53,355 nt of DNA from Octopus bimaculoides (GCF_001194135.2 NC_068989.1:21340368-21393722); one strand, 5' to 3'; positions 1 through 11,800 are shown, numbered from the stretch's first letter. The notes: generated by a model not told the origin, from the sequence alone. Numbers and translations: made by a program.

Positions 1-20
1 ATATATATATATATATATAT

Positions 21-250
21 ACAGGAAGTATTTCAACCATGTTTCGTGGTCTGCTACCACAACAGCTCCTTTATAGGATCCAGTTAGCTCAAGACATCAT
101 CAGGAGGAACCACGTCCGGTTTCGGCCCCTACTCCTCTACCGTTTTGACGTGGCGGGGCACCCCCTTTCAGAGGTGTCTTCAGCTCTGGTGTTGGGTGCG
201 TGTCTTCTTTCTTCTATTCCTTGGCCTCTTCGATGCAACATCAACGAGTG
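21..250 (-). mobile_element. Probable Penelope-like element terminal repeat with degenerate hammerhead-ribozyme-like cores
   Basis: The minus strand reads CTGAAGA...CCGAAACCGG and then CCTGATGATG...CACGAAACATGG, i.e. two CUGANGA...GAAAC core pairs in tandem. This is typical of Penelope pseudo-LTRs, but stem I pairing is poor. Confidence 0.35.
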
Positions 251-683
251 TCATTTATATATATGCCTATATCTATACATATATAGAATCATATCTGTAT
301 GTATGCGTGTGAGTATGTGACTGCATATATATATATATATCTATATCTATTATATGTAAATATTTCTCTGATATAACTAGTTGCCTGGCTGTTAATCAAT
401 TCTCCATGACTTTCATTCATTCAGAAAACCTTCTCGCAACTCTTGTAGTTGCATGAAGTAAACGTTGAATAATATTCCACTGAGATTCTATTTTCAGTGG
501 TGTTAATTGGATACGAACTTCTAGCCGGATGTGTCCTGCATGAAGTCCCCTACTTTAATATATGAATGCCAGAAACTTCAGCTGCTACATAGTGAATCTC
601 TATATTTCCATACACAGCTCAATGGTTTCTCTATTAATAAAAATAACTACATACTTTAGAGAATTTTACACACGCCCGCGCGC

Positions 684-720
684 ATGCCCACACACGCACA
701 CTCTCACACAGACACACACA

Positions 721-761
<41 letters not shown>

Positions 762-975
762 TGTACATATGCACATGTTTATTTACAGATGTGTGTGTGT
801 GCGTCTGTACATATTTATGTATATGCGTGTATGGTATGTGTAGAGAGAGAGAGAGAGAGAGACAGACAGAGAGAGAGAGAGAGAGAGATAAGGTAGGGAG
901 ATAGATAGATAAATAGAAAGATAGATAGATATATAGATAAAGATAGTGAGATACAGAGAGATAGTGATAATGGTG
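684..975. repeat. Compound microsatellite (CA)n/(CT)n/(GT)n/(GA)n/(GATA)n
   Basis: Read directly from the sequence. Confidence 0.9.
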
Positions 976-1681
976 TAGAAAGAGTGAGAAGTGGAAGTGA
1001 AATTTTCGAATCTAAAATTACAATTCGCTTTTCATGTGCATACACATACATTACGGAACAGTTATTCTTCCGTGGAGCGTCAAATGCAACTATATAGAAC
1101 GATGCACACAGAAAAGGATCTACTAGTTATATATANNNNNNNNNNNNNNNNNNNNNNNNNNNNNNNNNNNNNNNNNNNNNNNNNNNNNNNNNNNNNNNNN
1201 NNNNNNNNNNNNNNNNNNNNNNNNNNNNNNNNNNNNNNNNNNNNNNNNNNNNNNNNNNNNNNNNNNNNNNNNNNNNNNNNNNNNNNNNNNNNNNNNNNNN
1301 NNNNNNNNNNNNNNNNNNNNNNNNNNNNNNNNNNNNNNNNNNNNNNNNNNNNNNNNNNNNNNNNNNNNNNNNNNNNNNNNNNNNNNNNNNNNNNNNNNNN
1401 NNNNNNNNNNNNNNNNNNNNNNNNNNNNNNNNNNNNNNNNNNNNNNNNNNNNNNNNNNNNNNNNNNNNNNNNNNNNNNNNNNNNNNNNNNNNNNNNNNNN
1501 NNNNNNNNNNNNNNNNNNNNNNNNNNNNNNNNNNNNNNNNNNNNNNNNNNNNNNNNNNNNNNNNNNNNNNNNNNNNNNNNNNNNNNNNNNNNNNNNNNNN
1601 NNNNNNNNNNNNNNNNNNNNNNNNNNNNNNNNNNNNNNNNNNNNNNNNNNNNNNNNNNNNNNNNNNNNNNNNNNNNNNNNN

Positions 1682-1721
<40 letters not shown>

Positions 1722-1937
1722 ATGCATGCATATTTAGACATCGATATACCCTTGCATACGCAATCATATGTATACATTTTTATTTTACAATCGAATAAAA
1801 ACTTGTGGTGAGCGTCTGTTGTATGTGTGTGTGAGTGTATACGTGCTACAGCCTCCTCTAATATAGTCTTCGGTCAGTGACCGAATCTTGTATGGTTACT
1901 CAAATGCATCAACTTCGTCAGCGGCACCAGCGTCACT

Positions 1938-2070
1938 GGTGAACTTGGTACAATCGTTAGCGCGCCGGAGAAACTGCTTAGCTGCATTTCGTCCACTATT
2001 GCATTCTAAATTCAAATGTCACCGAGGTCGGCTCTGCTTTTTAGCCTTTCGGTATCAGTTAAATAAATAC
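1938..2070 (+). mobile_element. tRNA-derived SINE family A, degenerate 5' part
   Basis: aatcgttagcgcgccgg...ttcaaatgtcaccgaggtcgg matches the other family A copies (18514, 33565, 44565). Confidence 0.6.
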
Positions 2071-2119
2071 GGTCAAGAAGAGATTATTATTTTTTTTACT
2101 ATCATTATTATTGTTGTTG

Positions 2120-3231
2120 TTTCCATTTTTTCGCCCAGTGTCTTCCCAACACGTAGAGCAAAGAAGTTCTCTGTATACGTCAAAATAAGCACAGCAGATC
2201 GTTAATTTACAAAGTCATGTGATAAAAAAAGAAGGGCTAGAAAGACAGAGGGAAAAACGAAAACAAGAAAAAAAAAAGAAACCAAAAAACAGAATATAAA
2301 AGGGAAAAGAGAGAAAATTCACAGCAACAATGCTCTTCTCAGTACGTGTGACGTACCAGTTAAGACAATCTTTCACACTTCCTGCATGGCTGGTAAGCGA
2401 GGGATCATTCTTAAATAATTTTCAGTTCCTTTTTTATCATTCCAAGTGCTCCTACAATCACTGGTATTGTCGCCGTCTTGAGATGCCACATTTTTTTTTT
2501 TTCGATTTCGATCAGCAAATGTTTATATTTTCGTAGCTTATCAAATTCTTTTGCCGAGATGTTATAACAACGCATGCTCATGTCACTCAATAGACAGATT
2601 TTGTTTCTTTTGCTATTCACAATATCTGGTTTATTAGCTTTGATGGTCTGGTCTGAGTGTACTGGAAAGTCCCAAAGAATCATTACATTTTCTCCCTCAG
2701 TTACAGCCACAGGGTGGTCCTTGTACCATTTGTCACCAGTTTTGATTTTATAATACCGACATATTATCCAGTGTAGATACAGGCCAACTCTGTCATGTCT
2801 ACCGGTGATAAAAACCTTACACTCAGAGATTAGGTAGTCCACCGTTTCAGTCTCATCGTTGTAATATCGGCACTTTGGGTCTACTCGATTTTTCATCACA
2901 TTGGTTTGGTAGTTCTGGGTCAATAAGCTCTGATCTTGAGCAGCTAAGATAAAGCCTTCGCTCTCTGCCTTTAGCTCCGAGTTTCGTAGTCACTGATGGG
3001 AGTGTTTCTGGTCTACATCAGTTTATTTGGTACAGGACCCGTATTTGTCATGCAGAGATTTTTTTCCCCACCTATTAGCTAATTGTTCAAACGTTTTTTG
3101 TTTTGCCATTAATTTCACCTTGTTTGCAACAATTGCCGCTCTTCCATCATGCTGGTCTGGGTATAAAGCATGAACTCACTAGCAAATGTCTAACTCTCCA
3201 TGACAAAAGGAAGCTTCTTACGTCTCTCATC
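2120..3231 (-). mobile_element. R4/Dong-clade non-LTR retrotransposon, 5'-truncated (zinc knuckle, RLE endonuclease, 3' UTR)
   Basis: Translation gives LKAESEGFILAAQDQSL, a degenerate zinc knuckle (KCR..ETVDYLISEC), ANKPDIV..CLLSDMS, KEFDKL.KY, IPVIVGALG and a frameshifted C-terminus KIVLTGTSHVLRRAL. TAA/CAA-type repeats lie at both ends. Confidence 0.9.
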
Positions 3232-3355
3232 TTTTATTATTATTATTATTCTTATTATTATTGTTGTTGTTGTTGTTGTTGTTGTTGTTATTGTTGTTGC
3301 TGTTATCATTTTTTAAATTATTATCTCTATTATTATTAGATAACAATGGCACTCT

Positions 3356-3406
<51 letters not shown>

Positions 3407-3993
3407 CGTATAGGTATGGTTTCCAATATCTACGTTTAAACATACATGTGTGAATCTATATATCTATGTAGTAACTGTATAATAGAGCTTTGTATATCAT
3501 CGTATATGTGTGGTTCTATTTACGCAAAAGTGCGGCCACAATATTTTTTTTGGTGCTACGTTGCTTTCTGGCTTATAGGCCAACACACTTACCTAACCAT
3601 ATCTAACCTGGTACGCTAACTTATAAGATACTATATCAGGTTAGATTACACGCCATTACGAATATATTTAGCTTGATTTATGGTAGATAATTTTAATATA
3701 CTTTGAAGTAAAACATTTTAGTATGAACGTGTGTCCATTGAAGAATATGCAAACATTTTACATCAGAATATATCCCTAAGATATCTTACAATTTATCACC
3801 AAAGCTATTAAATCGTTCCATCTCCTTACTCCAAACGCCCCTCCAGGAGAAATAGATATATATTTAACATTGATGCTGAATGCAGTAACTACATGGGAAT
3901 ACGATTTCCAAGGATCGAAATAAGATTAACTGTAAGCTAATTATTAATAAAGTAAAATAAAAATCGCACATTCCTTCCTTGAAATATTTGTTA

Positions 3994-4198
3994 CAAATTT
4001 TGCTACAAGGCCAGCAATTTCGGGAATTGGGTGAATCGATGACATGGACCTCAATACACAACTGGTACTTATTTTACCGACCCTGCAAAGATGAAAGGCA
4101 AAGTCGACCTCGGCGGAATATGAACTCAGAAGGTAAAGACGGACGAAATGTAGCTAAGCATTTTGTCCGGCATGCTAACGATTCTGCTAGCTTACCGC
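3994..4198 (-). mobile_element. SINE family A, near full length
   Basis: The reverse complement has an A-box-like head (agctagcagaatcgttagc), a B-box-like gagttcatattcc and the gtcgactttgcctttcatc body. Confidence 0.85.
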
Positions 4199-4331
4199 TC
4201 TACTTCTTTGAAATATTGAGTACTTTATTTTCTACATGTATGTGTGTATATGTATGTATGTATGCATGCATGTATGTATGTATTATGTATGTATGCACGT
4301 TTGTATGTATCTATGTATGTATATGTAAGGC

Positions 4332-4560
4332 ATGCTCGCGGAATCGTTAGGACAGCAGACAGAATGTCCCTTGTGATATCTTTTCCATCCATTATTTATT
4401 TCTTTTTTCGTTCTGAGTTCAAGTTCTACCGGGATCGACTTTGCCTCTCATCCCTCCGGGATAAACAAAATGAAGTACTGATCAATTACTGGGGCCAATG
4501 TTATCGACTAATCTACTTCCCTCAAACTTTCTGCCTCTCGTGCCCAAATTAAAAAAAAGA
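4332..4560 (+). mobile_element. SINE family A, diverged
   Basis: ggaatcgttagg...gttctgagttcaagttctaccgggatcgactttgcctctcatcc...ctggggccaatgttatcgact. Confidence 0.7.
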
Positions 4561-4699
4561 TATACATCTATCATGTTTATCTCTGTCCACCCTTCGTTTC
4601 CTTGTTTACAGTTACTTGAAGAATGCTTTTTTGCAAAACCAGTGGAACTTTTTACAAGGCCATATCGTATCAGTTTTCTTTCTGTGACAAAGTATTCAA

Positions 4700-5130
4700 A
4701 GAGATCTGCGTGATGCAGGTTTTTCATTTATACGAGATGCCTAAGCGGTAACTTGTTATATCCACTGCCCGTATACTTTTCTGTATCTCTGAAGTGAGGT
4801 TCTATATTTATTGCCAGATGCACTGCACCAGATTTTCAAGGAGGAATACGTGATGCTGATTGTTCATTTATAATGTGCTCTAAGTACTAGTTGCCTAAGC
4901 TGTAACCTGTTATATCCACTGCCTGTATATTTTTCTGTATCTCTGAAGTGATATTCCATATTTATTGCCAGATGCACTGCACCAGGTTTGAAGGAGGCCT
5001 ACGAGATGCCGGTTGCTCATTTACAATGTGCTCCAAGTACGAGATGTCCACCCTCCTATACCCATTACCTGCATATTTCTATGTATCTCTGGAGTGAGGT
5101 TTCATATGTACTGCCAGGTGCACTGAACAG
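4700..5130. repeat. Tandem repeat with 153-154 bp unit, about 2.8 copies
   Basis: Units start at 4731, 4885 and 5038 and share atatccactgcc, ctgtatctctgaagtga and ttgccagatgcactgcacca. Confidence 0.85.
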
Positions 5131-5996
5131 TGCATGCGGGAGTTGAACTTTGTTTTTCCGAACATATTTCTATTTCTCCGTATTGGCTTGTGTTTAATTA
5201 GTTCTGGGTGACTGGATCTACAAGTTGCGAAACCAAGTGGAAAGCACCGATAGGCGAAACTTGAAGTATCATACAGATTAAACAGTGAGCAATCTCACAC
5301 ACAATTCAGTGAAGATTAACTTACTTAATATATTAGAAATTACCTCCGTAATATTAGAAAAGTCACGGGCAATAATATAAATTAAATTCTCCCAGTGCGC
5401 AGTAGGCAATTCCAAAATCCAATCCGTTTAAAATTTGAATGTTAACTGGATACGATACATAGATACATACATGCATACATACATCCATACATATATGAGT
5501 AGATATATACATGGTGTTTGTGCTATCTTCATGGTTGATTGACGTCTGTTTGTGCTTCGTCGTTGTCAATATCAGTTTTGATTTTCTATCCATGATGATT
5601 ATTCAGTCCCGCAGTCAACCTTCGTAGCTGTACGCTTCCAACTAGTTACGTCTACACATGTCTACACTCTTCCAATGGTATAGAACTTTTAGTACATGAA
5701 ATGACAAATGAGGTCAGCATAAAGAGACATCCGTACGCCATTGGATAATAGTCATTAACAATTGTTACAGGCACAGGCACCATTCTCTGTTTCCGTTATT
5801 AGTACCTAGTGACAGATCGAAGCAAGATGACTAGTAATCTTACACACACACATACACACATCCATGTATGGATATATAAAGACACGCTCAAACACTCGAG
5901 CGTACACATACAGACACAATACACACACGCTATACACATATTTCAGAAAGGCTGGTTCTATGTGAATGCTACATCTAATAGAATGACTTAAAACTC

Positions 5997-6170
<174 letters not shown>

Positions 6171-6477
6171 ATGTCAATGTATCCTCTTCTGTATAAGAAA
6201 TACCATTAAAAAATACAGGATATATGTAAAGAGATTGCGAGCAGAAGCTACGCAGAAATTGCCGATCGAGTGTCATGTTAATAACTTCAGTGCTAACATG
6301 AATAATCCTAGTTAAATGGCCGTTAAAACTGCACAAGTCGTATGATAATAAATAATGATCATCTTCCGCGAATAGGCACAAAGAGCAGGTTATAAATCTA
6401 TTATGAGAGAAGAGCGTTCTAAAATGAATTTGGAATCAAATCACCAATCTTTGCATCGACAGAAAATTGATTCACTG

Positions 6478-6600
6478 TTATTATTGTTGTTGTTTTTGCT
6501 GTTGTTGTTGCTCTTTTTTTCTTCTTCTTCTTCTTCTTCTTCTTCTTCTTCTTCTTCTTCTTCTTCTTCTTCTTCTTCATCATCATCATCATCTTCTTCT

Positions 6601-6632
<32 letters not shown>

Positions 6633-6679
6633 TTCTTCTTCTTCTTCTTCTTCTCCCCCTTCTCCTTCTTCTTTTTCTT

Positions 6680-6710
<31 letters not shown>

Positions 6711-6721
6711 TTATTATTATT

Positions 6722-6760
<39 letters not shown>

Positions 6761-6809
6761 ATTATTATTATTAGTAATAGTAGTAGTAGTAGTAGTAGTT
6801 GTTGTTGTT

Positions 6810-6865
<56 letters not shown>

Positions 6866-6868
6866 TAA
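6478..6868. repeat. Compound trinucleotide microsatellite TTG/TTC/ATC/TTA/TAG
   Basis: Read directly from the sequence. Confidence 0.95.
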
Positions 6869-7075
6869 TAATAGTCCCAAAATGTCACGAGAATATTTTG
6901 ATCGGTGAGACCAACTCCCTAGCTATTAATCAGTTTAAATCGGTATAGATTGCCTACTATTATTTTCCATAGCCCGTGTTATATATATGTGTGTGTGTGT
7001 GTATGTATGTGTATGTGTGTGTATCTGTGTGTGTGTGCCTGTGTGTGTGTGCGTGTGTGTATGCATATAACTATG

Positions 7076-7106
<31 letters not shown>

Positions 7107-7893
7107 ACATGCATATACATGGACATATGCATATACATGTGTGTATGTATGTATGTATGTATGTATGTATATATATATATATATNNNNNNNNNNNNNNNN
7201 NNNNNNNNNNNNNNNNNNNNNNNNNNNNNNNNNNNNNNNNNNNNNNNNNNNNNNNNNNNNNNNNNNNNNNNNNNNNNNNNNNNNNNNNNNNNNNNNNNNN
7301 NNNNNNNNNNNNNNNNNNNNNNNNNNNNNNNNNNNNNNNNNNNNNNNNNNNNNNNNNNNNNNNNNNNNNNNNNNNNNNNNNNNNNNNNNNNNNNNNNNNN
7401 NNNNNNNNNNNNNNNNNNNNNNNNNNNNNNNNNNNNNNNNNNNNNNNNNNNNNNNNNNNNNNNNNNNNNNNNNNNNNNNNNNNNNNNNNNNNNNNNNNNN
7501 NNNNNNNNNNNNNNNNNNNNNNNNNNNNNNNNNNNNNNNNNNNNNNNNNNNNNNNNNNNNNNNNNNNNNNNNNNNNNNNNNNNNNNNNNNNNNNNNNNNN
7601 NNNNNNNNNNNNNNNNNNNNNNNNNNNNNNNNNNNNNNNNNNNNNNNNNNNNNNNNNNNNNNNNNNNNNNNNNNNNNNNNNNNNNNNNNNNNNNNNNNNN
7701 NNNNNNNNNNNNNNNNNNNNNNNNNNNNNNNNNNNNNNNNNNNNNNNNNNNNNNNNNNNNNNNNNNNNNNNNNNNNNNNNNNNNNNNNNNNNNNNNNNNN
7801 NNNNNNNNNNNNNNNNNNNNNNNNNNNNNNNNNNNNNNNNNNNNNNNNNNNNNNNNNNNNNNNNNNNNNNNNNNNNNNNNNNNNNNNNNNNNN

Positions 7894-7936
<43 letters not shown>

Positions 7937-8501
7937 GAGAGGCACTACAAGACTGCTTTAACAAGAGCTAATTCAAAATATAATATAATATTAAAAAGTG
8001 GTCCATTAAATTCTAGGAGCCGCAAACAGTTTGAAGATGCCCTACAACTTAAAAGAACTTTGATAGATTCATAATGTCTCATTAAAGCTAACTAATTTAT
8101 AAATCTGAATGAACCCAATAACTCAAGACAGGACTAAATAAATTTAGAACTCTACTAGATTAAAAATAGTAAATCAATTTTTAAAATTACAAATTATTTA
8201 TTTGATTGCTGTAAGTACCTTTCTTTATATTTTTAACTCTAAGCTTCAGGTTTCTTTGTGTTAAAGGGACTCCTCTTGTTTGGCGGCCTCTGGGCCATGA
8301 CCCATATTGGCCCATACATAAATTCGACCCTGTACACATACACACACACACACACACACATAAACACATTTCTTTTATATATATATATTTATATCTATAT
8401 ATATACACACATTTCTTTTATATATACATTGTTTTTGTTTTGTTTTGGGGGGTGAGGCTTTGGAGACAATGGAAGATGGATAGACAGATAGATAGACAGG
8501 C

Positions 8502-8560
<59 letters not shown>

Positions 8561-8579
8561 AATTGGTTCCTACATAAAG

Positions 8580-8790
8580 TTCAAGAGCGGATCCATTTTA
8601 AAAATAAATGCAGATATAAACTGTAAACCGCAAAATCTCATATACTGCATTAACTGCTCAAACTGTAAAGAAAATTACATTGGCGAAACGAACATCTCCC
8701 TCTGCCAACGTGCAAGAATTCACAGAATTGTATTTGACAAGTTCGAAAGACGAACGAAAGCGTTAATATGAAAATTAAAATATAATAAAA
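8580..8790 (+). mobile_element. Penelope-like element GIY-YIG endonuclease remnant
   Basis: Manual translation from 8580: FKSGSILKINADINCKPQNLIYCINCSNCKENYIGETNISLCQRARIHR. It has the LIY...C..C...YIGET...R...H signature and is absent from the ORF track. Confidence 0.75.
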
Positions 8791-9099
8791 AAGTGTTTTC
8801 CAAAATTCTGACAACTTTTTACAATATATATANNNNNNNNNNNNNNNNNNNNNNNNNNNNNNNNNNNNNNNNNNNNNNNNNNNNNNNNNNNNNNNNNNNN
8901 NNNNNNNNNNNNNNNNNNNNNNNNNNNNNNNNNNNNNNNNNNNNTATATATATATATATATTATGGTAGTTAACCATAGATTTCGGCCTGTATTAATCAA
9001 AACCATGTTTAACATAACACTGCCGCTATTTGAAATATTTTAATTGAGGCATATTTTGGAATAGAGTGTTGCTGACAAAGTATTCTGTGCTCGTTATTT

Positions 9100-9660
9100 A
9101 TCCATTATTTCTTGGAGTAACTTTTTCTGGTAACATTTCAAATTTAAAGCCTCGAGTTTTTCATTGATATTTTTCCGGGATAGTGTTAAATTTGACAAAA
9201 CTAATTACGAACAAGAAAATGTGTCGCTACGTAGTTATATAACAGTGAAATGGTAGGATTATTGAAAAACAGTATTGTAGATATCTTGCTGTCAATATAC
9301 CTTTACAGTGCAGCCTCATGAGGAAAGCCATTAATTCCTCACAAAAGTCATACAGACATCTAGCAGTGCAAATGAAGCCACAAGCTACATGCTCCATACA
9401 TGTGCTCGTTATTCTATTTTCAGAATCGGCTGATCAACCACATGATGATACATAAAAATGTAATTTATTTTGTAACAGAAAAGACTATGTTTACCCTTTA
9501 CCAATGGAGGAATACATAACTGATGTGAAATTGATTGTTGCAGTGGATTTATGAAACACAACCCTGGGGTTAGGTGATTTTTAAACTGGATAGTAATATC
9601 GTTTGTGAAATCCTGTTGAAATACTTTCAACTCTACAAATTATATGCTGTTTTTAGATGA
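9100..9660 (+). mobile_element. Decayed L1/Tx1-like LINE RT C-terminal remnant
   Basis: Frameshifted pieces FLGVTFS, SLMRKAINS and VTEKTM(F)LPFTNGGI resemble the YLG, SL.GK..IN and L.LP...GGL motifs. Confidence 0.4.
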
Positions 9661-9681
9661 TCCTATTAGTCGAAAGCTTGT

Positions 9682-9881
9682 TGTTGTAGGGAATTAGTAA
9701 TAATGCTACACCCCTCTCACGTGACGAATGGTATAAACTAATCACTATAAATCAATAGAAGTACGTGAAGTAAGAGAGTACAAAGTAGGCGGTCAGAGAA
9801 ATAGTCGTGTCTTTACTGGTTTTAAGTATACTATTTTCTGAAGTGGGCGTAATAGCATTCCAACATTTTAAGGATATAACA
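9682..9881 (+). repeat. 5' LTR (200 bp)
   Basis: TG...CA termini; about 80 percent identical to 12243-12446 by hand alignment. Confidence 0.95.
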
Positions 9882-9959
9882 GTGGTGATGAGGATTTAAA
9901 CAACGCACGAGGAATTAATAAACTTGACGAGGATAAACCAATTCACGTGGAGCTGCAGG

Positions 9960-10850
9960 TTTGCTCGAGTTACAAAAATGGCAACAACAACAGATACAAC
10001 TGCAAAAACAACAACAGAAGCTACTACAACAACAACAAATAATACTACAGAAACAACTGCTGCAATTGCTAAAGTCATCAGGTAAGTCAGAAAAAGTGTT
10101 CTCGACAATATCACGAACTCCATAACAAAGTTCAAATATGAACCTGACGAAGGATTTACCTTCGAAGCGTACTACAGCAGATATGAGTAAATCTTCGAGA
10201 AAGAATGTAAAGATTGAGACGACGCGATAAGAACGCGCTTAATCTTGAGAAAACTGGCGGCATCAGAACATGAACGATACTTCCAAGAAAACCTTCGAAC
10301 ATAAACTTTAATGACACAATAGATATTTTGTGTAAAATTTTCAGTAAAAAATGCTCATAGTTGAACACATTTTGGAAATTTCTGAACATAGAGAAACACA
10401 ACGATGAGGACTACATCACGTATGCTGGTAGAGTAAACAGAGAAGGCGAGAAGTTTAAGCTGGACGAATTAACGCCAGATATGTTCAAATGCCTGATTTT
10501 CACACAAGGGCTTACTGCCGAAAAGGACGCAGAAATTAGAACTGGAATTCTCGCCAAGCTGTACCAAAACCAGGATGTAACCCAACAGCAAGTGTCAGAA
10601 GAATGTGAAAGGATAGTCAAATTAAGACACGACACAGAAAATTGAACGTAAAGATTGTTTCCAAGTAAAGCTAGTGCGAAATAGAATAGAGATAAAATGT
10701 TTTCTAAAAAACACGACAAAAATCAGAAAATAAACCCATTTTTTGCATGTGGATATATGCAACTGAGGGAAAACTGTCCATTTTAAAAAGCAGAGTGCTT
10801 TTGTTGTGATAATGTAGGACATATAAAGACTCACTGGAGAAGGAAGATGA
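9960..10850 (+). pseudogene. gag remnant (Q-rich N-terminus, capsid, two zinc knuckles)
   Basis: KFKYEPDEGFTFEAYYSRYE, YAGRVNREGEKFKL, FKCLIFTQGL, and degenerate knuckles (ACG...ENCPF, CFCCDNVGHIKTH). Contains stops and frameshifts. Confidence 0.85.
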
Positions 10851-10919
10851 CAAAACGTCAGAACAAAGGAAAAAGAATAAATAGTGCCATCGGAAGAAAT
10901 TGGCAATATAATGATAAGA

Positions 10920-11030
10920 AAGTCCGTGAATGTGAAAATCAGAAATACAAGTGTTAAAATGAAATTGGATACTGGTATGAATATTACCATTATAAATGAA
11001 CACAAACGTGGAAATATGTCAGTAAGCCGA
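10920..11030 (+). pseudogene. Retroviral-type aspartic protease remnant
   Basis: VNVKIRNTSVKMKLDTGMNITIINE, with the DTG motif at about 10968. Confidence 0.8.
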
Positions 11031-11324
11031 AATTAGTTAAATCGAAAAAGGTAGCACAAAATTATATTTTTTCGGTGAATTCGTATGTAATGTAACATTT
11101 CGAGGTCGAACGAAAAAAGCAAAGTTATATGCGTGAAAAATTTTACGTAATTTATTCGGCACAGGGTGTTTTGTATGGAAATATAGTCGGTTCAGTCTAA
11201 AGTTTGAATGCGGCTGAGGGACTGAAACAAAAAAATTACAGTAAAACAGAGCAGAACACCTGTATGTATGCCAAATGGAAATGAAAAATTGCCCATGATA
11301 AAAAGTAAATATTTTTCAAAAGTA

Positions 11325-11800
11325 GATGTTCCGTAGTCGAGACTACACATCGATTTCACTTGTCCTTTAAATTGTTCTTACTACTTAGTGGTAGTTGATA
11401 GGTTTTCGAAATGGCCTGAAATTTTTAAGTGTAAAAAAACAGACCTCTTCGACTGTGATACATTTTTACACGAATTGTTAGCAAAATTTGGCATCTCAGA
11501 CAAGATAGTGTCTGACAATGGAACGCAATTTGTGTCCAGCGAATTAAAAATTTTATGAAACGTTCGCGATAGAACATATAACTACGGCGCCATACCATCC
11601 CAGACAGAACACTTTGCCGATACCCTCAAGACAGCCCCCCAAAAAATCGAATAAGGAAGTCACGGATGAGACAGCTCTACAACAATTTTTAAAAGTGTAC
11701 CGTATGGCACCAAATCCGAATATATTAGCAGGTAGCTCTTCAGCGGAGCTGATGTTTGCAAGGAAAGTAAAATCAATCTTTGATAAATTGCTACCTGGCA
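11325..11800 (+). pseudogene. Integrase core remnant
   Basis: SRLHIDF..YYLVVVDRFSKWPE..FGISDKIVSDNGTQF..TTAPYHP. The GQAER segment is partly deleted. Confidence 0.9.

Noticed and set aside
8281-8332. GC-rich hairpin tgggcca/tggccca ending in gaccctg
   Set aside because: Possibly one end of a non-autonomous element, but the stem is only 7 bp and no second terminus is visible.
9376-9470. C2H2 zinc-finger-like string PYMCSLFYFQNRLINHMMIH next to a ttttcag acceptor
   Set aside because: It has only one cysteine, an upstream in-frame stop and no finger array. The same stretch fits better as part of a decayed L1/Tx1 RT.
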